From positions 6,173 to 70,172 of the IMG/VR virus record IMGVR_UViG_3300021475_000010: a stretch of 64,000 nt of DNA; one strand, written 5' to 3'. This DNA is from a virus. A model generated the notes under the pieces. It saw nothing but the letters and a program-made list of their open reading frames with translations. It did not search any database and was not told the origin of the DNA. Made by a program: the position numbers and the translations under genes. This document shows positions 1-6,896 of this stretch, one piece after another. Each line of letters starts with the position of its first letter. The stretch's first letter is position 1.

Positions 1-9
1 GAAAAGACG

Positions 10-201
10 ATGGTCACTGACAAGGCCATCCGCAAATACATCGTCATTACCATCGATGACGAGTTCTGGGACCAGGTCGACACTGACAGACTCATCATCG
101 AAGACAACACCTGGTACTCACCGCAGACATTCGGGTCGTTCGGCGGGGAATGGCACATCGACGGTCCTATCATCCAAATCACTATGGACCCGGAAGATTA
201 G
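10..201 (+). CDS. hypothetical phage protein
   Basis: 63-aa ORF with GC3-rich codons, first of a tightly packed plus-strand run. Confidence 0.6.
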   Translation: MVTDKAIRKYIVITIDDEFWDQVDTDRLIIEDNTWYSPQTFGSFGGEWHIDGPIIQITMDPED

Positions 202-209
202 GAGGCACC

Positions 210-425
210 ATGAACGAGCACGAGGTCGGCGACGCTAAGGATGCAGCGTTCTTCGTGGCGAACGAGGTCGTGAACGAGTACCACGCGTTCCCGGTCGTAC
301 AGCGTGCAGACATCGGCGGGGCGAACGTCATGTTCATCCTGATCAACCAGACATGGTACAAGTTCGAGGTCAAAAAGGTCATGGACCCGGAACTCGTTAT
401 GAAGCTGGAGGCACTCACCCCATGA
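210..425 (+). CDS. hypothetical phage protein
   Basis: AGGAGG RBS before ATG 210 (MNEHEVG...). Confidence 0.7.
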   Translation: MNEHEVGDAKDAAFFVANEVVNEYHAFPVVQRADIGGANVMFILINQTWYKFEVKKVMDPELVMKLEALTP

Positions 426-595
426 GGTCCACTGCAGAGATCGAACAGGAGATGGAGCAAGTCAGGCAAAAGCGAGCTAAGCTGGTGACTGATCAGCCGC
501 CCGGATGGATGGCTGACTACGCCCCGCTGCAAGTAAAGGTCAGCGAACTAGCTGCCGAATGGATGGCAGCAAGGCAGGAGGAAGAAGGCAAATGA
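422..595 (+). CDS. hypothetical coiled-coil protein
   Basis: ATGA overlap with the upstream stop; MRSTAEIEQEMEQ... Confidence 0.6.
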   Translation: MRSTAEIEQEMEQVRQKRAKLVTDQPPGWMADYAPLQVKVSELAAEWMAARQEEEGK

Positions 596-894
596 GCCAC
601 ATCATCCAGAACTACACCGACGAGGCGGAAATCTGGCGCGACGCATGGCGCATCGCTGACCCCGGTGCAGCCAACCCGGTCGCGGTCGCGCGTACGCTGT
701 TCGCGGCGTCGGCGTTCCTGGACCATCAGATCGGCACGGACGGAGTGCGAAAGCATCCCGCGCTTCGGCTCATCGCGGCGCAGCTGGCCTCGCTGTACAG
801 CGTCAATGCTGACGGCGGTGGTATGGGAGACGACGACGACTTCATCAGCATCGTCCAGCGCGAGGCGAAGGCACAGGAGGCGGAAGCACAATGA
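592..894 (+). CDS. hypothetical phage protein
   Basis: ATGA overlap; MSHIIQNY... Confidence 0.65.
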   Translation: MSHIIQNYTDEAEIWRDAWRIADPGAANPVAVARTLFAASAFLDHQIGTDGVRKHPALRLIAAQLASLYSVNADGGGMGDDDDFISIVQREAKAQEAEAQ

Positions 895-1262
895 AGACCA
901 TCACGGTCGACTGCCCGATCTGCAGCGCCAAGGTATCACGTGACCTCGATATCATCGAGCAACCGCTGACTCTCAACCAGGCCGACCTGATCGGCGTCCT
1001 CATGCGAGGAGTCAGTAACAACTCCAAGCTGAACTGGTACCAGTTCGGCAGCCGTGACGCCGACCACCCGCTGACTATGGTGATGCGAGCGTTCACTCAC
1101 GACGGTGGCGGCTTCCTCAGCGAAACCGATGACATCCGCGAGGCGTACGTCTGGTGCTCAGGCTTCATGGAGCGCTGGTTCAGCGTCAGCGACATCATCA
1201 AGGCCCTCGACAACCTCGACGGCAAGCACGGTACGGAAAACCCCATCGCAACGATCGACTAG
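891..1262 (+). CDS. hypothetical protein with N-terminal CxxC
   Basis: ATGA overlap, GGAGG upstream, CPIC motif. Confidence 0.65.
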   Translation: MKTITVDCPICSAKVSRDLDIIEQPLTLNQADLIGVLMRGVSNNSKLNWYQFGSRDADHPLTMVMRAFTHDGGGFLSETDDIREAYVWCSGFMERWFSVSDIIKALDNLDGKHGTENPIATID

Positions 1263-1271
1263 GAGAAAACC

Positions 1272-1550
1272 ATGAACAAGCAGCAGATGACCGATCTGGT
1301 CAGCCTCATCGTGGAACGCGTGTATGGCGACACGGGCAACGTGAGCCTGGGCAGTTCGCCCGGATGCGGACCCGTGAAGCTCCAGATCGGCTTCGTGAAC
1401 AACATTGTCATGCACGACGGCGTCATCATCACCGACGCACCGCCCGTCGTCGCCGAACTGGTGATGGACTGGGTCGGCAAGAATGGTTCCGGGGACGATG
1501 GCCCTCCGGTGGCTGCCTCGCCTGGATATGGCGGTCTGTTCATCCGCTAG
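1272..1550 (+). CDS. hypothetical phage protein
   Basis: AGGAG RBS; ends just before a hairpin. Confidence 0.7.
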   Translation: MNKQQMTDLVSLIVERVYGDTGNVSLGSSPGCGPVKLQIGFVNNIVMHDGVIITDAPPVVAELVMDWVGKNGSGDDGPPVAASPGYGGLFIR

Positions 1551-1561
1551 CTCAGCACGCA

Positions 1562-1599
1562 AGAACGCCCCGGCCTATGCGGGTAGGTCGGGGCGTTCT
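1562..1599. terminator. probable bidirectional terminator hairpin
   Basis: AGAACGCCCCGGCCTA pairs with TAGGTCGGGGCGTTCT (16-bp stem) where plus and minus transcription converge. Confidence 0.75.
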
Positions 1600-1610
1600 G
1601 CGTTGCGGCA

Positions 1611-1657
1611 CCAGTGGCCGGGAATCGAACCGCGGTTACCATGCTGCTTCTCACTGG
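1611..1657 (-). ncRNA. 47-nt tRNA-like element (acceptor stem + D-like loop + T arm, no anticodon arm)
   Basis: Minus strand reads CCAGTGA-GAAGCAGCATGGTAA-CCGCGG-TTCGATT-CCCGG-CCACTGG. Confidence 0.55.
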
Positions 1658-1853
1658 TACCTGGGGCCCCGCAGCAACGTGGAGAGGCCGGGGTCCGACC
1701 CCTGCCGGAAGCACGGCTCAGCGCGAGCCTCCCCTGGTGCAGCCGGTACGTTGCTCAGCTGCAGCTTCAACCTCTTGAGTTGTCAGACCCATTGCGCCGA
1801 GAAAGTCCAGGTGTCGAACAACAGACTCACCTCCATCCGGGCTCGGCCCCGAC
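1658..1853 (-). ncRNA. putative structured non-coding RNA with tmRNA-like terminal segments
   Basis: No credible ORF; -10 TAGAAT at 1860-1865 (minus); several nested stems; GGAGGTGAGTCTGTTGTTCGAC ... CCCGGCCTCTCCA. Confidence 0.4.
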
Positions 1854-1916
1854 GCTACGATTCTATGCACCTGCCGACCACCCCGACCGGGCTTGTACCG
1901 TCCGAAGGGGCGGACG

Positions 1917-1970
1917 TACTAACTAAACGAAGTTAATCCTGCAATGATGATTTAGTTCGTTAAGTTAGTA
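1917..1970. repeat. AT-rich imperfect inverted repeat (operator-like motif pair)
   Basis: TACTAACTAAACGAAGTTAATC at 1917-1938 and the reverse complement TACTAACTTAACGAACTAAATC at 1949-1970. Confidence 0.85.
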
Positions 1971-1983
1971 GGGCCAGCCCTAA

Positions 1984-2220
1984 CTATGTATCCTTACGCC
2001 CGAGCAGGTCGCCGTTGACGCGGTCACGGATCGCGCCGTGTGCATGAGGGATGCCAAACGCCTTGCCGTTCTCCTTGGCCAGACCTTTTCGCTCACGATC
2101 TCCAAGGCCCTCATCCTCGGGCAGTGCAGCGTTCTTGCCAGCGCGGAGGCCATGCTTGTTGATAAGCCGATGCCGAACCTTATTGGCATTCGGGTCATCA
2201 CCGCGACTTGATCTGGACAT
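1984..2220 (-). CDS. hypothetical basic protein
   Basis: Stop/start-coupled ORF chain on the minus strand. Confidence 0.55.
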   Translation of the reverse strand: MSRSSRGDDPNANKVRHRLINKHGLRAGKNAALPEDEGLGDRERKGLAKENGKAFGIPHAHGAIRDRVNGDLLGRKDT

Positions 2221-2459
2221 CAGTACTCCCTGCGGTTGTTCCTTGCTCGCCTACCGCCGGTAGCGGGCTGGCCCGCGTCACGCTTGGCGTTGTTGGTGTC
2301 CTGGCGTGCCTTCTTGGCTGCACTGGTGCGACCGCCACCGACCCTGGCCTTGATCGCACCTTGCGGGTTGTCGGCTTCCCACTGCTGGTGGTTGGCCGTG
2401 CGCCGGTCCATTTCGCCTGACGCTACGAGCGCGTGAAGCGCTCTGCTCAGCTTAGGCAC
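2220..2459 (-). CDS. hypothetical basic protein
   Basis: AAGGAG RBS; coupled to neighbouring genes. Confidence 0.6.
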   Translation of the reverse strand: MPKLSRALHALVASGEMDRRTANHQQWEADNPQGAIKARVGGGRTSAAKKARQDTNNAKRDAGQPATGGRRARNNRREY

Positions 2460-2694
2460 TTGTCGTCACTCCTTGCCGAGGCTGCATGCCCTCGCTGCTA
2501 ATGGTGCGAATGGTTGATATCTCACCTGAGTTCACACTGTCGAACTCGATGCCGAGCATGTTGCCGTGGCCATCCCAGACCAGGGTAACGCCGAACTTGC
2601 GGAACTGATGAGTGTGCTGCGGCTCAACGCCTGGAGGTGTCGGCTCACGCTTTACGTAGACACGTCCGGTGTCCTTGTCGAGTATGACTTCCAC
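2452..2694 (-). CDS. hypothetical protein
   Basis: Coupled ORF; ...LVWDGHGNMLGIEF. Confidence 0.6.
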   Translation of the reverse strand: MEVILDKDTGRVYVKREPTPPGVEPQHTHQFRKFGVTLVWDGHGNMLGIEFDSVNSGEISTIRTISSEGMQPRQGVTTSA

Positions 2695-2969
2695 TAGCTG
2701 CCCCTTCTAGCGCGCATTGCACGTCCTGTTATGGCGATCCTGCCGCTGCCTATCTTGCCGTTGTTTTCGCGTTCAAGCGCATCTATCTCGCGCTGGCCAA
2801 GCCCAGCATTCTCTGGCCTAGCAGATGCACGAGGTGACGCGCCACCTCGATGACGCGTCACCTTGCCGGCCTTGAGCTGCTTGTCAGCGTCCCTGTCGCG
2901 TTTGGCCTGTGCAGACTTACGGGCTTTCTCAGTCCGCGCTTGCTCTGCACGCCTTGCTGCACCAGACAT
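2694..2969 (-). CDS. hypothetical Arg/Lys-rich protein
   Basis: GAGG RBS; TAGTG coupling to the next gene. Confidence 0.6.
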   Translation of the reverse strand: MSGAARRAEQARTEKARKSAQAKRDRDADKQLKAGKVTRHRGGASPRASARPENAGLGQREIDALERENNGKIGSGRIAITGRAMRARRGS

Positions 2970-2978
2970 GACTCGACC

Positions 2979-3137
2979 TCATGCAGCGGCGACCTGCGGC
3001 CTCGTGGCTTCCTGCAGCTTGGCCATGATCACGGCCGCACCGTTGTCGGTGTTCTCCTCAACGAGCGCCCTGGCGGCCCGCTCGTCTCCACCGTTGGTAA
3101 CCATCTCAGCCTCTACGGCTGCGTCCATCCCTGGCAT
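2979..3137 (-). CDS. hypothetical 52-aa protein (not in ORF track)
   Basis: AGGAGGCAGG RBS, MPGMDAAVEAEM..., directly downstream of promoter 3182-3210. Confidence 0.6.
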   Translation of the reverse strand: MPGMDAAVEAEMVTNGGDERAARALVEENTDNGAAVIMAKLQEATRPQVAAA

Positions 3138-3181
3138 GTTCCTGCCTCCTGTAGTTCCGGCACCGTACCGGGTATCGCCCG

Positions 3182-3210
3182 AGTCTATACGAAAAGTCGT
3201 TCGAGCGCTA
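3182..3210 (-). promoter_or_regulatory. putative promoter TAGCGC-N17-TAGACT
   Basis: Member of a repeated promoter family; intergenic and upstream of an operon. Confidence 0.7.
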
Positions 3211-3220
3211 CTGCAAGAAT

Positions 3221-4138
3221 CTAGGCAGCTGCACGCCTGGTCGACTCCGGGTGTGCACGCCTGTAGGCTCGGAGTCCATCGATGGGGATGCGACCGTTAT
3301 GGCCAAGCTTGCCGCCTTGCTCGACCCACCATGCAGCTATCTCCATGTTCTTGGTCGTCGGGCGTGAACGCCTACCTGCAGGCCGTGAGGACTTGGGCCG
3401 GGTACGCGTGCGAGAAACCGAATGCAGGCGCGGTCCGGGTGGGCCCTGCGGCTCTGGGCGAGGCTGAGCCGGCGGCTTGGGCTTCTCAGGCTTGGGCGGC
3501 TTGGGCGCTGGCTCGGGCATGAGCACGGGCTGAGCGTCTTCCTCCAGCTTGAAGCGTGCAAGGTTGCCCTCGGTGATGAAGTCCCTTCGTGCACGAAGAC
3601 CATCGCGGTACTCCCTGAACGTGCCGCCGAGTAGGAGCCAGGTTGCAGGACCGTACCCGGACTTGGCCGAAGGGTGAACGTAGCCGTGCCTGATGAGCTG
3701 CTTCCGGTGAACCCAGCCTAGGTGCAGCTCGTACGCGAGGACGGCTGCGACGGGCGCGGTCGCCCAAACGATCCAGGCGTGTTCGTGCACCCAGAGCGCG
3801 GTGTCGCTGTGGAAGCTCTGCACGAATGCGCCGAGGGCTGCGAACGCGATAACGGTGGCTCGTGCAAGCCATCCGCTGAAACCCTTGCGCCGGTGCTTCA
3901 GGCCGATTCGTGCAGCGAAGAGCGCCACGCCGTCGAACGCTGCAGACATACCGGCTGCGAAGATCGGCGGCACGCCCACCGCCCGAGCGATCGTGTAGAA
4001 ACCGAGCCAGCTGATTGCGAGGATGGGAACGAGGATGCACGCCCACAGGAACTCTCCGGTTAGTGCATCCAGCACTTTCTTAGCTCTGTCCACTTTTCTG
4101 CCTTCCGTCTGGACGAGCTTTAAGCGTAACGCTCTCAC
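3221..4138 (-). CDS. DUF2637-like membrane protein with C-terminal Lsr2-like DNA-binding domain
   Basis: About 4 TM segments (SWLGFYTIARAVG, APVAAVLAYEL), Pro/Arg linker, C-terminal IAAWWVEQGGKLGHNGRIPIDGLRAY; start may be GTG 4075. Confidence 0.75.
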   Translation of the reverse strand: MRALRLKLVQTEGRKVDRAKKVLDALTGEFLWACILVPILAISWLGFYTIARAVGVPPIFAAGMSAAFDGVALFAARIGLKHRRKGFSGWLARATVIAFAALGAFVQSFHSDTALWVHEHAWIVWATAPVAAVLAYELHLGWVHRKQLIRHGYVHPSAKSGYGPATWLLLGGTFREYRDGLRARRDFITEGNLARFKLEEDAQPVLMPEPAPKPPKPEKPKPPAQPRPEPQGPPGPRLHSVSRTRTRPKSSRPAGRRSRPTTKNMEIAAWWVEQGGKLGHNGRIPIDGLRAYRRAHPESTRRAAA

Positions 4139-4367
4139 GGCCGGAAGTCCTAACGTCTGGGAGAAAAGCCTGATCGGACCGGCGAGTCGCGATCCCAGCG
4201 TTACTGCACGCGAGGATCATCGAGGGTAGTCGACCGTAGTCGAGCCAGGGTAGCGGCGAGACATCGTGCAGCGTCGACCGGGTACTTGTGCCAGCAGACA
4301 GACGATGGGCCATAATCGTAGCAGAACAGGATCGGCTTGCCGCATAGCCTGCAGTTCCAGCCGAGGT

Positions 4368-4577
4368 CTAGTCCTTCGATGCACATTGCTCTGCCTCCGG
4401 CGGAATGCGTAGTTGATAGCAGTCGGCGTAGTAGAACTTGTCTGTTCCGACGGTCGGCTGATGTATCTCGATGATCGGCGGCGTTATCATGCCGAATGGG
4501 ACATCGAGTACTGCCCACTTCGAGCTGTCCTGGGTGACGTAGACTACCCTGTTGCGCTCTGGGTCTGGCTGTGACAT
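4368..4577 (-). CDS. hypothetical protein
   Basis: 69-aa ORF with GGAAGGG RBS. Confidence 0.5.
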   Translation of the reverse strand: MSQPDPERNRVVYVTQDSSKWAVLDVPFGMITPPIIEIHQPTVGTDKFYYADCYQLRIPPEAEQCASKD

Positions 4578-4897
4578 AACATACCCTTCCTGTATCCTGG
4601 ATGTGGTTCCTGTGGACGCTTGCGGGTTCGCATCGTAGCTGCCTTGCCTGCCGCTCCCTGACGGCCTGATCGAGTGGCGTGGTGATTAACACATAGTCCG
4701 CGCAAGGCTTCTACACGATGGTCCCAAGGCTCGCCTATGTGATCCGCGTCGGTCGAGCGGTTAGGACAGCGCCCAGGTTCTGCCTGATCTTCTTTGAGGC
4801 TGCCCCACATGCACTGCGGATCACGTGTTAGCACAAACGCGCGTATCTGTCCCCAGTTTGGCGGCAGCGGGACTCTGCGCCAGCTACCGGTCGACAT
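4544..4897 (-). CDS. HNH endonuclease
   Basis: LPPNW..IRAFVLTRD..C...C...DADHI...LRGLCVNHHATRSGRQG, typical small actinophage HNH. Confidence 0.85.
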   Translation of the reverse strand: MSTGSWRRVPLPPNWGQIRAFVLTRDPQCMWGSLKEDQAEPGRCPNRSTDADHIGEPWDHRVEALRGLCVNHHATRSGRQGAAGKAATMRTRKRPQEPHPGYRKGMLCHSQTQSATG

Positions 4898-5039
4898 TCC
4901 GGTCCGTAATCGTGATCAAACGCTTGCCGCTGAATACCTGCCGGCTACGGACTATGATCGGCGCGCAGTAGTGCGGCAAGAACTCACCGCACACTTCGCA
5001 GATGTTCATTGGTATCGCCAGCTCTTCGATTTCAATCAT
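4884..5039 (-). CDS. hypothetical small Cys-rich protein
   Basis: GGAG RBS, ATGA overlap, CEVC. Confidence 0.45.
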   Translation of the reverse strand: MIEIEELAIPMNICEVCGEFLPHYCAPIIVRSRQVFSGKRLITITDRNVDR

Positions 5040-5428
5040 CTCCGCCTCCTTTGCCTCTGCACTAGCGTAGCTGCCTCGCGTACGCATCCGTCGACATCTT
5101 GGAATACCTCCAAGCCGCCGAACCTGATGATATACCAGCCATTGGCCTCTAGCCAACGCTGCCGCCTACGATCGGCCGCAATAGCCTGCGTACTGCTATG
5201 CGTTCGATGGCCGTCTAGCTCTATGCCTATCATTTGCCTGGGCAGAGCAAAGTCGAGACGATACTGACCGACCTTGTATTGATGTACCAGTCCATTGAGA
5301 GGTCGTAGCCGTAGCTTCTGGTGTGCACGCCAGAATGCGTCCTCAATGGGCGAGACGAGCAGTACCGACCTCCGCGCGGGCGTAGGTACTGATTTGAATA
5401 TGAATGGGAATCTGCGATGTTCGGCCAT
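5036..5428 (-). CDS. DUF559 / Vsr-like endonuclease
   Basis: QYKVGQYRLDFA...IELDG..H......D..RQRWLEANGWYIIRF. Confidence 0.85.
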   Translation of the reverse strand: MAEHRRFPFIFKSVPTPARRSVLLVSPIEDAFWRAHQKLRLRPLNGLVHQYKVGQYRLDFALPRQMIGIELDGHRTHSSTQAIAADRRRQRWLEANGWYIIRFGGLEVFQDVDGCVREAATLVQRQRRRR

Positions 5429-5534
5429 GAGTATATCCTACCCCGCGTCACGGGATTCTTTCTGCAACTGAATTGTCAAAACTTGCCTCCGATAATTTTG
5501 CGCCAATCCTACTATTCCGAACCGCGTAAACCCC

Positions 5535-5707
5535 GTACGAGCTTCCCCCTCCGACTTGCCAAGTGAGCTGCCGTAACCCATACAGCTCGTACCGGAAAGG
5601 GCGCTCGTACCGACCTCCCTTCGGGAGGTACGAGCTTCCGGCGTACGAGCATGGGTGTACGGGTCGTACGAGCATGGGTCCTCGGACCGTACGAGCTTCG
5701 TACGAGC
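5535..5707. repeat. GTACGAGC iteron-like array, probable replication origin
   Basis: Six direct copies (5535, 5628, 5643, 5666, 5689, 5700) and two inverted copies (about 5585 and 5603), next to an AT-richer tract at about 5455-5520. Confidence 0.75.
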
Positions 5708-5723
5708 TTGGCAACATAGATTA

Positions 5724-6896
5724 TTAGGCATCTGGATTATAGTCCTTAGCATAGCGTAGCGGAGCTATGTTACTACTACCAGACTGGCCTGCCTTTACTA
5801 GACAGTTGTTCACTACGAGTATCTGAATCGCGGCGCGGACGTGACGCGCTCCTGCGCCCTTGTATGCCTTCTCAATGTCGGCCTTGGCAGCGCCTGTCTT
5901 TCCGACTCGACGGTAGATGTCGAGCACCTTGTCGATAACGGCACGCGGAACGTCCTCGTATTCAGTGCCTTCGCGACGCGCATTGGCTCTATCCTTCACC
6001 ACGCTTCCACGCTCTGGGTGCTTAACGTCGACGCGAAGACTGAATCCATTCTCCTTGTCTCCAGTCGACTTGACGACGAGAGTACCTGCATACATCACGG
6101 TAGGGTCGCGCTCGATGCGAGCGCACTCTGACTTGACGAAGCCAGGCCTGTCCTTAGTCAGGATGATCCTCGACCGACCCACAGCGCCACGGATGATAGG
6201 ATCAATAGCCTCTAGCATATACGCCGCACCAGTGACCCAGTTGAGCTTAGCGATTCCGCCCGCCGCGTAACGAGAACCATTGTTCCTAGCATCAGCATTC
6301 ACCTTGGTGACATGGTCGGTTGTGATCACACATCGGCCTCGCTTCAGCAGAGGCGCGACGAGCGCACGACGGAACATCACAGGTGAGTTCGGGTCGAATA
6401 GCTCCCAGCCGAACAGTCCGTATGCGGACTGGAGCCCATTGAATATGACAAGGTCGCACCGATGCTCGACCGCATCCCACACCGAGTCCTGCGCTGCGTC
6501 GACATCCTCTGGAGTCGAGAACCTGAACAGCCATTGGTCACAGACGGCATCCCTGTCGGCACCCATCTCCCTGAGACGGCTGGCGATGTCTATCTCGTCG
6601 CCTTCCTCAAAGTCGATCCAGCACACAGAGTGCCCGAAGTCTAGCGCTTGCGACACTGTCTCTGCGAGCAGCATGTCCTTGCCCGCCTCGGTCGCGCCAT
6701 AGATAGCATTCTCCTTGCCGGCATAGAACATGAACTGCTTGTCTTCGCGCATACCGAATACAGGCTCTTCACGCTTCTTCTTGCCGTCGAATGCAGCCTG
6801 CATAGAATGCAGCTTGGCTGGCTTACGCCGACGCCGCTTGGCACGCTCGATGATGGAGTCCTCGGCCTGGACGGCGTGCATCTTAGGGGGCGGCAT
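5724..6896 (-). CDS. RecA-like/AAA ATPase, helicase partner of the Prim-Pol
   Basis: YGATEAGKD, WIDFEE, TDHVTK...RYAAGGIAKL, KDRPG motifs; coupled to the Prim-Pol. Confidence 0.75.
   Translation of the reverse strand: MPPPKMHAVQAEDSIIERAKRRRRKPAKLHSMQAAFDGKKKREEPVFGMREDKQFMFYAGKENAIYGATEAGKDMLLAETVSQALDFGHSVCWIDFEEGDEIDIASRLREMGADRDAVCDQWLFRFSTPEDVDAAQDSVWDAVEHRCDLVIFNGLQSAYGLFGWELFDPNSPVMFRRALVAPLLKRGRCVITTDHVTKVNADARNNGSRYAAGGIAKLNWVTGAAYMLEAIDPIIRGAVGRSRIILTKDRPGFVKSECARIERDPTVMYAGTLVVKSTGDKENGFSLRVDVKHPERGSVVKDRANARREGTEYEDVPRAVIDKVLDIYRRVGKTGAAKADIEKAYKGAGARHVRAAIQILVVNNCLVKAGQSGSSNIAPLRYAKDYNPDA

Noticed and set aside
1797-1812. GAGAAAGTCC resembling the RNase P P4 motif on the plus strand
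   Set aside because: The partner 3' motif and the rest of the RNase P structure are not visible.
1680-1834. Call as a functional tmRNA (ssrA)
   Set aside because: Too short, no G3:U70 pair, no CCA and no properly terminated tag; kept only as tmRNA-like.
1154-1936. 260-aa plus-strand ORF and nested 147-aa ORF across the ncRNA region
   Set aside because: Arg-rich shadow-frame composition, overlaps real genes and runs through a terminator.
4544-5428. HNH and DUF559 nucleases as homing or mobile elements
   Set aside because: Both are common free-standing phage genes; no intron, intein or terminal repeats are seen.
5535-5711. Possible CRISPR array
   Set aside because: Repeats are 8 bp, irregularly spaced and in both orientations; there are no spacers of CRISPR size.
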